Shown piece after piece: positions 49,845-61,312 of a stretch of 64,000 nt of DNA (positions are counted from its first letter, which is position 1; each line of letters begins with the position of its first letter). The DNA is from Malacoraja senta (lineage: Eukaryota), in contig CM075995.1 in the NCBI GenBank assembly GCA_038087875.1, forward strand, positions 8,496,001-8,560,000, in the 5' to 3' direction. Below the pieces are notes generated by a model. The model made no database searches, was not told where the DNA came from, and saw only the letters and a list, made by a program, of their open reading frames with translations. The position numbers were made by a program, and so were the translations under genes.

Positions 49845-50910
49845 GACACAAAGAGTAGGAATTAACGGGTCCCTTTCAGAATGGCAGGCAGTGACTAGTG
49901 GGGTACCGCAAGGCTCGGTGCTGGGACCGCAACTATTTACAATATACATCAATGATCTAGATGAAGGGATTCAAAGTAACATTAGCAAATTTGCAGATGA
50001 CACAAAGCTGGGTAGCAGTGTGAACTGTGAGGAGGATGCTATGAAGATGCAGGGTGACTTGGACAGGTTGGGTGAGTGGGCAGATGCATGTCAGATGCAG
50101 TTTAATGTGGATTAATGTGAGGTTATCCAGTTTGCTGGCAAAAACAGGAAGGTAGATTACTATCTAAATTGAGTTAAATTGGGAAAAGGGGAAGTACAAC
50201 GGGATCTGGGGTCCTTGTTCATCAGTCACTGAAATTAAGCATGCAGGTACAGCAGGCAGTGAAGAAAGCGAATGGCATGTTGGCCTTCATAACAAGAGGA
50301 GTTGAGTATAGGAGCAAAGAGGTCCTTCTGCAGTTGTACAGGGCCCTAGTGAGACCACACCTGGAGTATTGTGTGCAGTTTTGGTCCCCTAATTTGAGGA
50401 AGGACATTCTTGCTATTGAGGGAGTGCAGTGTAGGTTTACAAGGTTAATTCCCGGGATGGCGGGACTGTCATATGCTGAGAGAATGGAGCAGCTGGGGTT
50501 GTATACTCTGGAATTTAGAAGGATGAGAGGTTATCTTATTGCAACATATAAGATTATTAAGGGTTTGGACGCGCTAGAGGCAGGAAACATGTTCCCGATG
50601 TTGGGGGAGTCCAGAACCAGGGGCCACAGTTTAAGAATAAGGGGTAAGCCATTTAGAACGGAGATGAAAAACCTTTTCACACAGAGTTGTGAGTCTGTGG
50701 AATTCTCTGCCTCAGAAGGCGGTGGAGGCCGGTTCTCTGGATGCTTTCAAGAGAGAGTTAGTTAGAGCTCTTAAAGATAGCGGAATCAACGGATATGGGG
50801 AGATGGCAGGAACGGGGTACTGGTTGGGGATGATCAGCCATGATCACATTGATTGGCGGTGCTGGCTCGAAGGGCCGAATGGCCTACTCCTGCACCTATT
50901 GTCTATTGTC
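49845..50910 (+). mobile_element. CR1 fragment including the RT core
   Basis: SGVPQGSVLGPQLFTIYINDL..KFADDTKL through the 3'UTR, with in-frame stops. Confidence 0.93.
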
Positions 50911-50996
50911 TAAACCTGTCCTATCCATGTTCCTGTCTAACTGTTTCTTAAAATGTTGGGATAGTCCCTGCGTCAACTACCTCCTCCGGCAGCTCG

Positions 50997-51196
50997 NNNN
51001 NNNNNNNNNNNNNNNNNNNNNNNNNNNNNNNNNNNNNNNNNNNNNNNNNNNNNNNNNNNNNNNNNNNNNNNNNNNNNNNNNNNNNNNNNNNNNNNNNNNN
51101 NNNNNNNNNNNNNNNNNNNNNNNNNNNNNNNNNNNNNNNNNNNNNNNNNNNNNNNNNNNNNNNNNNNNNNNNNNNNNNNNNNNNNNNNNNNNNNNN
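50997..51196. other. Assembly gap (200 N)
   Basis: Run of N of the same length as the first gap, suggesting an unsized scaffolding join. Confidence 0.99.
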
Positions 51197-51199
51197 GCC

Positions 51200-51717
51200 T
51201 CGACCCGAAACGTCACCTGTCCATGTTCTCCACAGATGCTGCCTGACCCGCTGAGTTACTCCAGCACCCTGTGAAACGTCACCTATCCATGTTCTCCACA
51301 GATGCTGCCTGACCCGCTGAGTTACTCCAGCACTCTGTGAAACGTCACCTATCCATGTTCTCCACAGATGCTGCCTGACCCGCTGAGTTACTCCAGCACT
51401 CTGTGAAACGTCACCTATCCATGTTCTCCACAGATGCTGCCTGACCCGCTGAGTTACTCCAGCACTCTGTGAAACGTCACCTATCCATGTTCCGGCAGCA
51501 TCTATGGAGCGAAGGAAATAGGCAACGTTTCGGCCCGAAACCCTTCCGGGTTTCGGCCCGAAACGTTGCCTATTTCCTTCAGGGTTTCGGCCCGAAAGGT
51601 TGCCCATTTCCTTCGCTCCACAGATGCTGCCTGACCCGCTGAGTTACTCCAGCACTCTGTGAAACGTCACCTATCCATGTTCTCCACAGATGCTGCCTGA
51701 CCAACCCGCTGAGTTAC
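51200..51717 (+). repeat. 66-bp array with a palindromic insert
   Basis: The insert at about 51494-51620 is the reverse complement of the one at 11221-11347. Confidence 0.95.
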
Positions 51718-52044
51718 TTTTTTAGACTTATAGATACAGTGCAGAAATAGGCCATTCGGCCCACCCAGTCCGCGCCAACCAGCGATCATAAACTATAATA
51801 ATTATACTATACTAGTATATAAACTTTTCTCAACTGAATTATACTAAACTATACTATACTGAACTAAACCATACCAAACCAGCCTATACTAAATTAAACA
51901 GAACTATATTATAGTAAACTCTACCAAACGTTACCAAACTACAGCAAACTATGCAAAACTATGCTAAACATGACTATACTAAACTAAACTATATACTAAT
52001 CTATACAATATTAAACTTAACTATACTATACTAAACCATACCAA

Positions 52045-53312
52045 ATTAAGAAACCTATCATTGTTAACACCGATAGCGAATAATCCTTTATTTAAACCAT
52101 CTATGATGGATAAAATATATAATCAATGAGAAAGTTTAGGAATTAAAAGGATCGGGGACATGTATGAAATGGGAGATTTATTATCATTTCAACAATTACA
52201 ATTAAAATTTAAACTGAAAAACACTCATTATTTTAAATATTTTCAGATTTGTAATTTTTTGAAGACATACATACAGGGATATCAAAAAATAACTCCTGAT
52301 TTACTAGAAGAAGTAATGAATATAAAAGCTGATACACAAAAATTAATATCATATTTATATAATAGCATCTTAAATATAGATTTACCTGTGACCGAGGTAA
52401 TTAGAGAAGAGTGGGAACGGGAATTATTGATAAAAAATTACGAAGGCTACATGGGAAAAGTATTTGACATACATTCACAAGTGTTCGATTAACGCAAGAC
52501 ATAACCTAATCCAATTTAAAATTTTACATAGATTATATTACTCAAAAACAAGATTAAATAAATTTTATCCAAATATATCCCCCATTTGCGATAAATGTTT
52601 AACCCAAGACGCAACTATAACACACTCTTTTGTTTCTTGTATAAAACCATGGATTTTGGAGTGATATTTTCGAAATATTTACAAAATTATTTAAGACATA
52701 AATGGAACCCAATAATGAATTGATTATATTTGGGGTAATGGAAGATGGGAACAAATTGAGCTCATCTCAAAAGTCAATTTTTAATTATGGTTTAATAATA
52801 GCAAAAAAAATCAATATTGAAATTTTGGAAAAATACACCAATACCAACGCTCAAAATGTGGATTGCAAGTATGTTGGATACCGCACATCTTGAGGAAATG
52901 CGATTCCTCCTAATAGATAAATTTGACCAATTCATAACGAGTTGATCTCCATTTGTCGTCTTTTTGGAAACGTATGGTGCTAAACAGGTGTAAAAGCTAA
53001 TCCGTGACTGCGGATGGTCAAGATTATAAATGCGATCTCCTTACTTCTTTTTTCTTTTCTTCTCTTCTCTTCATTTACTCTCTTTCTTCTATTTTCTCTC
53101 AACTTTCTTTTTTCTCTCTCTATTTTTCCTTTTCACACACTATATATCTCACATTTTTCTATTTTTCATTATATAACTTTTTTCTTTTTCTTCTTTATTA
53201 CAAAAAATTAAAAAAATAAGAAGCTGTACATAAAAGGTATTATGAAAATATGATTGTATACAATTGTACTTACTTCTAATAAAATAAAAATATTAAAAAA
53301 AATTAAAAAAAA
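52045..53312 (+). mobile_element. L1 3' fragment, same subfamily as 39955-40750
   Basis: NLIQFKILHRLYYS..CDKC..HSFVSC, a near-identical 3'UTR and a poly-A tail. Inserted in a pentanucleotide repeat. Confidence 0.9.
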
Positions 53313-53399
53313 ACATACCAAACCATTCTATTCTGAACTAAACGATACTAAGCTAAACTATACTGAACAATGCTAAACTGAACTATACTCAACTGTACT

Positions 53400-54078
53400 G
53401 GACAATAGACAATAGGTGCAGGAGTAGGCCATTCGGCCCTTCGAGCCAGCACCGCCATTCAATGTGATCATGGCTGATCATCCCCAATCAGTACCCCGTT
53501 CCTGCCTTCTCCCCATATCCCCTGACTCCGCTATCTTTAAGAGCCCTATCTAGCTCTCTCTTGAAAGCATCCAGAGAACCGGCCTCCACCGCCCTCTGAG
53601 GCAGAGAATTCCACAGACTCACCACTCTCTGTGAGAAAAAGTGTTTCCTCGTCTCCGTTCTAAATGGCCTACTCCTTATTCTTAAACTGTGGCCCCTGGT
53701 TCTGGACTCCCCCAACATCGGGAACATGTTTCCTGCCTCTAGCGTGTCCAAACCCTTAACAATCTTAGATATTTCAATAAGATACCCTCTCATCCTTCTA
53801 AATTCCAGAGTGTACAAGCCCAGCTGCTCCATTCTCTCAGCGTATGACAGTCCCGCCATCCCGGGAATTAACCTTGTGAACCTACGCTGCACTCCCTCAA
53901 TAGCAAGAATGTCCTTCCTCAAATTAGGGGACCAAAACTGTACACAATACTCCAGGTGTGGTCTCACTAGGGCTCTGTACAACTGCAGAAGGACCTCTTT
54001 GCTCCTATATTCGATTCCTCTTGTTATAAAGGCCAACTTGCCATTTGCTTTCTTCACTGCCTGCTTTACCTGCATGCT
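53400..54078 (-). mobile_element. CR1 3' fragment
   Basis: 195-aa open C-terminal frame and (TATTGTC) tail. Confidence 0.93.
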
Positions 54079-54431
54079 TATACTATACTATACTAAACTA
54101 TACTATACAATAGACAAGATACATTTATTGTCACATGTACCAATTGGTACAGTGAAATGTGTGGTCACCATACAGCCACACGAATAAAATAAAGAACACA
54201 GAACACGATAGTCTTTAACATAAACATCCCCACACAGCGGGATCAAAGTTTCCCACTGTGAGGGAAGGCACCAAAGTTCAGTCCTCCTCCTCTGTTGTCC
54301 TCTGTTGGTAAACTAGACTAAGCTGAACTATGCTACACTACACTGTACTGCACTATACTACACTGAACTAAATGATACTACACTATACAACACTACACTA
54401 CTCTATACTACACTGAACTAAACGATACTAT

Positions 54432-54674
54432 TGTAGATTAACCCTTTATTAATCCATGCCATGTATAATCTCCACTACACATATATGCAGCCACCCATTA
54501 CATTGTATTACAGTACTACACGGTACTACCCTAACGAGGTCAGCCGGCTGGCAGTTTGAATGTTCTGTATTTCCAAATGGAATAAAGAGTTATGTTTCAC
54601 CATGTATGTTGTAGTGGATCATTCACTAACGTGGTGTCAGAAGTGGGATCTGAACCCACGCCTCCAAAGGAGAC
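54432..54674 (+). mobile_element. Short LTR followed by an extended tRNA-Leu complement
   Basis: TGTAG start, AATAAA, then TGGTGTCAGAAGTGGGATCTGAACCCACGCCTCCAAAGGAGAC. Confidence 0.72.
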
Positions 54675-54965
54675 GATAGAGGCGGTGGAGGGCTCTACCC
54701 GAGCCGGCTGCCTGCCCCTTTTATGTCCGTGGCCCGGGTGCTGTTAGAAAGGGAATACGCCCTGTCCACGGGCACCCTGAGGGAGTTGCGGGACTGCTGG
54801 GCTCGGCAGGGTGTTGAATGTATCCTCAATAAGGATTGTATCATAGTTGTATTATGGATATATGTTTGTGTGGTATTATGGTGGTGGGTTCTGCCTTGTT
54901 TTATTGGAGTGTCAATATTAATTTTTAATAATTGAATACATTTTTTGATTACAATTTTTTTTTTT
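54675..54965 (+). mobile_element. Tx1/L1-type LINE 3' end
   Basis: ARVLLEREYALSTGTLRELRDCWARQGVECIL resembles recalled Tx1 ORF2 C-termini. TG-rich 3'UTR. Confidence 0.55.
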
Positions 54966-54984
54966 ATAAAGGAGATGATAGAAT

Positions 54985-55632
54985 TACTACACTCTACTAT
55001 ACTGAGCTATACAATACTATGCTGTACAATACTATACTACACTGCACTACACTACACTACACTATACTATACTGAGCTATGCAATACTATGCTGTACAAT
55101 ACTACACTACACTACACTACACTACACTACACTACACTACACTACACTACACTCTACCATACTGAGCTATACAATACTATGCTGTACAATACAATACTAC
55201 ACTGCACTACACTACACTACACTACACTATACTGAGCTATGCAATACTATGCTGTACAATACTACACTACACTACACTACACTACACTACACTACACTAC
55301 ACTACACTACACTCTACCATACTGAGCTATACAATACTATGCTGTACAATACAATACTACACTGCACTACACTACACTACACTACACTACACTCTACTCC
55401 ACTGAGCTATACAATACTATGCTCTACAATACTACACTACACTATACTACACCGCACTACACTACACTGCACTACACTACACTACACTACACTACACTAC
55501 ACTACACTCTACTCCACTGAACTATACAATACTATGCTCTACAATACTACACTATACTATACTATACTACACTACACTACACTACACTACACTACACTAC
55601 ACTACACTATACTACACTCTACTCCACTGAAC
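54985..55632. repeat. (CTACA)n pentanucleotide satellite with higher-order structure
   Basis: Direct reading. Related degenerate tracts at 51790-52045, 53312-53400 and 54310-54430. Confidence 0.95.
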
Positions 55633-55653
55633 TACCCTCCTGTCCCTGTCCAG

Positions 55654-55848
55654 GTTGGCTACACAAAGAGGTGAAAAGCGGTGGGAAAGGGAACTCCCTG
55701 AAGGTGAAGAAGCATTGGTTTGTGCTGACCTACAACTCACTGGATTACTACCGGACGTGCGAGCGAAACACGGCCAAGCTGGGGACGCTGGTCCTCAACA
55801 ATCTCTGCTCCGTCCTGCAGCCCGTGGAGAAGATCTTTAAGGAGACAG
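55654..55848 (+). CDS. MYO10: Myosin-X (MYO10 or MYO10-like) exon, third PH domain
   Basis: (G)WLHKEVKSGGKGNSLKVKKHWFVLTYNSLDYYRTCERNTAKLGTLVLNNLCSVLQPVEKIFKET(G). 195 nt, phase 1-1, CAG/GT sites. Confidence 0.9.
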
Positions 55849-55944
55849 GTAAACATGGAAACATGGACAATAGGTGCAGGAGTCGGCCATTCGGCCCTTC
55901 GAGCCAGCACCGCCATTCAATGTGATCATGGCCGATCATCTACA

Positions 55945-56133
55945 ATCCCACTTCTGACACCATGTAAATGACTAAACAGACACAGGTCTGGAGGTTCAAT
56001 CATCTTTAATCATAACATATACTAGAGCGCTACAATAGGTTGTTAGTTCATCGCTACCGCTTACATGACTGACTAATGTAGGAAATGGGTGTTAATATCA
56101 AGTGTACAGTAAGGTGGAGTTAGTGATGCTACA
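55945..56133 (-). mobile_element. Short LTR plus an 18-nt tRNA-Leu PBS
   Basis: On the - strand: TGTAG..ATTAAA..TTACA, immediately followed by TGGTGTCAGAAGTGGGAT. Confidence 0.72.
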
Positions 56134-56179
56134 CTAGTCTGATTGCTTCACATGCAACAACCAATCTATTATTATTATT

Positions 56180-57026
56180 ATTATTATTTATTTGTCTTTT
56201 GGACAAATTTGTCATTTGGACCCCGTTGAGGTCCAAACAAAATATCGTTTCTGCAGCCATACATTACAAAACGAAGAAGACCCGAGACACAACACAATTT
56301 ACACATACATCCATCACAGCGCTGTGATGGAAGGCAAAAAAACTTATCTCTCCACTGCACTCCCCCCCCCCCCCCCCCCGATGTCAGAGTCAAAGTCAAA
56401 GCCCCCGGCGGGCGATGGTGATTATCCCGCGGCCATTAAAGCCACGCCGGGTGATGCAAGGTCGCGCACCGTGTCTTGGTGTTAGAGCCCCGGCCTGCGC
56501 TCGCAAAGTCCGGTGGCCATTCCAAGCCGCGCGGGGGGATAAAGCCCCGCTCCAGGTGCTCTTCAACCCCGCAACTCGGGCGGGAGAAGTCGCCGCTGCG
56601 GAAGCCCCGAAAAGCGGTCTCCCACCAGGGGACCCGCGGGCTTCCGGTGTTGCCGTCCGCCAGACCCGCGGTTGTAGCCTCCGAATCTCCGGGGGTCGGG
56701 TCGCAGCAGCGATTGTCTCCACCACAGCTCCACCCGCTCCGGACTCGGCCAGCCCCGCGACGGTGAGTAGTCCGCAGCTCCGCAACTGGAGCCCCAGGTC
56801 GTTCCTGCTGGAGGCCGCTCCACGTTGCCCAGCCCCAACGACAAACGGAGACCCGACAAAGAAAAGGTCGGGTCTCCCGTGCAGGGGAAAGATTTTAAAG
56901 TTTCCACCCGCCCCCCCACACACATACCCCGACAAAATAAATAATAAAAAACTACATAAAAACGAGACAAAAATAATAAAAAGACAGACGGACTGCAGAG
57001 ACCGCTGCAAACGAGTCGTGCCGCCC
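56180..57026 (-). mobile_element. GC-rich non-autonomous SINE-like element
   Basis: On the - strand: short GC head, T-rich tract, GC-rich body, CCTTCCATCACAG motif and AAT-repeat tail. Similar architecture at 22775-23955. Confidence 0.5.
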
Positions 57027-59760
57027 ACCCCGTTCCTGCCTTCTCCCCATATCCCTCGATTCTGTTAGCCCTAAGGGCTAAATCTAACTCTCTCTTGAAA
57101 ACATCCAGTGAATCGGCCTCCACTGCCTGCCTTCTGTGGCAGAGAATTCCACAGATTCACAACTCTCTGGGTGGAAACGTTTTTCCTCATCTCAGTCCTA
57201 AATGGCCTACCCCCTTCTTCTTAAACTGTGTGTGACCCCTGGTTCTGGACTCCCCCAACATCGGGAACATTTTCCTGCATCCAGCCTGTCCAATTTTATG
57301 TTTGCATAAGATCCCCTCTCATCCTTCTAAATCCCACTGAATGTGACTTCCATCCCAGTTCACTTGCACTATTTATACTCATGGATAAAATCATGAGAGG
57401 AATAGATCGGGTAGATGCACGGAGTCTCTCGCCCAGAGTAGGGGGAATCGAGGACCAGAGGACACAGGTTTAAGGTGAAGGGGAAAAGATTTAATAGGAA
57501 TCTGAGGGGTAACTTTTTCACATAAAGGGTGGTGGGTGTATGGAACGAGCTGCCAGAGGTAGTAGTTGAGGCAGAAACTATCGCAATGTTTAGGTAACAG
57601 TTGGACAGGTACATGGATAGGACAGGTTTAGAGGGATATGGACCAAGCGCAGGCAGGTGGGACTAGTGTAGCTGGGACATTGTTGGCCGGGGTGGGCAAG
57701 TTGGGCCGAAGGGCCTGTTTCTACACTGTATCACTCTATGACTATGACATTAGTCAGAGGGTGGTGAATCTGTGGAATTCTTTGCCACAAAAGGCTGTGG
57801 AGGCCAAGTCAATACTTATTTTTAAGGTGGTGATTGACAGGTACTCAGGTGTCAGGGGTTATGGGGACAAGGCAGGAGAATGGGGTTAGGAGGGAGAGAT
57901 AGATCAGCCATGATTGAATGGCGGAGTAGACTTGATGGGCCGAATGGCCTAATTTAGCTCCTAGTCTTATGACCCCGTAGTTTTGTCTCCGTGGTATTTC
58001 AATAGACAATAGGTGCAAGAGTAGGCCATTCGGCCCTTCGAGCCAGCACCACCATTCAATGTGATCATGGCTGATCATCCCCAATCAGTACCCCGTTCCT
58101 GCCTTCTCCCCATATCCCCTGACTCCGCTATCTTTAAGAGCCCTATCTAGCTCTCTCTTGAAAGTATCCGGAGAACCTGCCTCCACCGCCCTCTGAGGCA
58201 GAGAATTCCACAGACTCACCACTCTCTGTGTGAAAAAGTGTTTCTTCGTCTCTGTTCTAAATGGCTTACTCCTTATTCTTAAACTGTGTGACCCCTGGTT
58301 CAGGACTCCCCCAACATCGGGAACATGTTTCCTGCCTCCAGCGTGTCCAAACCCTTAATAATCTTATATGTTTCAATGAGGAATCCTCTCATCCTTCTAA
58401 ACTCCAGTGTACAAGCCCAGCTGCTCCATTCTCTCAGCATATGACAGTCCCGCCATCCCGGGAATTAACTTTGTAAACCTAAAAAAGAATAAAAAGTGTA
58501 AAGGGGATGTGCGGGGCAGGTTTTTTTTACACAGAGGGTGGTGGGTGCCTGGAACGCGCTGCCAGGGGTGGTGGTGGAGGTGGAGGCAGATACGATAGTT
58601 ATCCACATTAGCATGTGGACATTCAGGGAATGCTGGGATATGGATCCCGCACAGGCAGTTGGTTTTGGCATCGTGATCAGCACAGACATTACGGGCCGAA
58701 GGGCCTGTTTCCACACGGTATCTTTCAATCAATCAATCAGTTATATCTTAGATCATAAGACGCAGGAACAGAATCAGGCCATTCAGCCCTTCAAGTCCTC
58801 TCCGCCATTCAATCATGGCTGCTCTATTTCTCCCTCTCAACCCCATTCTCCTGCCTTCTCCCCATAACCCCTGACACCCGTACTAATCAAGAATCTATCA
58901 ATCTCTGCCATAAAAATATCCGTAGATTTGGCCTCCACAGCCGTCTGTGGCGATGAATTCCACAGATTCTCCACCCTCTGGCTAAAGAAATTCTTCCTCA
59001 TCCCCTTCCTAAAGCAACGTCCTTTTATTCTGAGGCTGTGCCCTCTGGTCCTAGACTCTCCCACTAGTGGAAACATCCTCTCCACATCCACTCTATCCAG
59101 GCCTTTCACTATTCAGTAAGTTTCAATGAGGTCCCCCCCCTCATCTAAACCCCAGCGAGTACAGGCCCAGAGCCGTCAAACGCTCATCATATGTTAACAC
59201 GCTCATTCCTGGGATCATTCTCGTAAATATCCTCTGGACCCTCACCAGAGCCAACACATCCCTCCTCAGATATGGTTCCCAAAACCGCTTACAATACTCC
59301 AAATGCTGCCTGACCAGCGCCTTATAGAGCCTCAGCATTGCAACACATGCCTTAAAAATACACATTGATTTGACCTTCACAGCCGTCTGTGAACAACGCC
59401 ACAGATTCACCACCCTCTGGCTAAAGAAATTCCTCCTCATCTCCTTTCTAAAGGAAAGTCCTTTAATTCTGAGGCTGTGCCCTCTGGTCTGGGACTCTCC
59501 CACTAGTGGAAACATCCTCTCCACATGCACTCCATCCAGGCCTTTCACTATTTGGAGACCAGTATCGGCGCTGTCCGTCTGTGTAACTCTTTCCCTGATG
59601 TGTAGGAAGGAACTGCAGATGCTGGTTTAAACCGAAGATAGACACAAAATTGCTGGAGCAACTCAGCGGGACGGGCAGCATCTCGGGAGTGAAGGAATCG
59701 GGTGACGTTTCCGGTCGAGACGTCTGTTTTTAATGGCATATTTGGTTTGTGGGTCGGCAG

Positions 59761-59918
59761 GTTACTGGAACGTCACGGTCTACGGCCGTAAGCATTGCTA
59801 CTGCCTTTACACCAAGCTGCTGAATGAAGCCACCAAATGGGCTAATGCTGTCCAGAACGTCATCGACACCAAACCGCCCATCGATACGCCCACACAGCAA
59901 CTCATTCAGGACATCAAG
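59761..59918 (+). CDS. MYO10: Myosin-X exon, end of PH3
   Basis: (G)YWNVTVYGRKHCYCLYTKLLNEATKWANAVQNVIDTKPPIDTPTQQLIQDIK. CAG acceptor, GTGAGG donor, phase 1-0 joins the previous exon. Confidence 0.93.
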
Positions 59919-61188
59919 GTGAGGGGATTTCTGTGTATAACGCTCTCTCCACCTTCATTTGGTTTAGTTTCGTTTCCAGCCACAGCGCGGAAACAGGCCC
60001 TTCGGCCCACCGAGTCCGCACCGAGCAGCGATCCCCGCGCATTAACACCTCCCTACGCATACACACGGCCCATACCAACCAACATGCCCCATCTCTGCCT
60101 CAGAGGGCGGTGGAGGCCGGTTCTCTGGAGGCTTTCAAGAGAGAGCTAGATAGGGCTCTTAAAAATAGCGGAGTCAGGGGATATGGGGAGAAGGCAGGAA
60201 CGGGGTACTGATTGGGGATGATCAGCCATGATCACATTGAATGGCGGTGCTGGCTCGAAGGACCAAATGGCCTACTCCTGCACCTATTGTCTATTGTCTA
60301 TTGTCTACACCTGCCCGCGTTTGGCCCATATATATACCTCTAAACCTATCCTATCCATGTACCAACTTAATTGTTTGTTAAAAGTTGTGATAGTCCCAGC
60401 CTCAACTACCTCCTCCGGCAGCTCATTCCATACACCCACCACCCTTTGTGTGAAAAGGTTACCCCTCAGATTCCTAGTAAATCTTTCCCTCCCTCACCTT
60501 AAACCAATGTCCTCTGGTCCTCGATTTCCCCTACTCTGGGCAAGAGACTCTGTGCGTCTACCCGATCTATTCCTCTCATGATTTTGTACACCTCTATAAG
60601 AGCACCCCTCTCATCCTCCTGCGCTCCAAGGAATAGAGACCCAGCCTGCTCAACCTCTCCCTGTAGCTCACACCCTCTAGTCCTGGCAACATCCTCGTAA
60701 ATCTTCTCTGTACCCTTTCCAGCTTGACAACATCTTTCCTATAACATGGTGCCCAGAACTGAACGCAATACCCTAAACTGAAGATGGGTTTCGGCCCGAA
60801 ACGTTGCCTATTTCCTTCGCTCCATAGATGCTGCCTCACCCGCCGAGTTTCTCCAGCGCTTTTGTCTACCTTCGATTTTCCAGCATCTGCAGAACCTTCT
60901 TGAACACAATACCCTAAACGCTGTGCGTCTATCCAATCTATTCCTCTCATAATTTTTATTCCTCTCTTGTGTCTGTGTTCCGTATGGTAAGATGCCTGAT
61001 AGGCTTGGGTCTGGACCTGAAACGTCACCCATTCCTTCTCTCCAGAGATGCTGCCTTGTCCCGGCTGAGTTACTCCAGCTTGTTTGTGTCATGCTTTGGG
61101 ACTAACTCGAAGGGCCGAATGGCCTACTCCTGCACCTTATTGTCTATTGAGAAAGCAATTTAATTCCATCTGCTATTCTGTATTTCAG

Positions 61189-61312
61189 GAAAACTGTCTG
61201 AATAATGAAGTTGTGGAACAAATCTACAAAAGGAACCCGATTCTACGCTACACACACCACCCCCTGCACTCTCCCCTACTTCCTCTGCCTTACGGAGATA
61301 TCAATCTAAGTC
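61189..61312 (+). CDS. MYO10: Myosin-X exon, PH3-MyTH4 linker
   Basis: ENCLNNEVVEQIYKRNPILRYTHHPLHSPLLPLPYGDINLS. TTTCAG acceptor, GTAAGT donor, phase 0-1. Confidence 0.93.

Noticed and set aside
50948..51607. ORFs with 22-aa repeats (GDVSQSAGVTQRVRQHLWRTWI), also at 11219-11658
   Set aside because: Artefact of a 66-bp unit lacking stops in one frame; one ORF also spans the N gap.
54632..54674. tRNA-Leu gene
   Set aside because: Only the 3' ~43 nt are present, CCA is encoded and it abuts an LTR; this is a primer copy, not a gene.
54945..55674. LHYTT-repeat ORFs
   Set aside because: Translation of the (CTACA)n satellite.
56396..57123. Overlapping ~200-aa GC-rich ORFs on both strands (also 23050-24033)
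   Set aside because: No recognisable domains or splice context; they lie in GC-rich SINE-like repeats where stops are rare.
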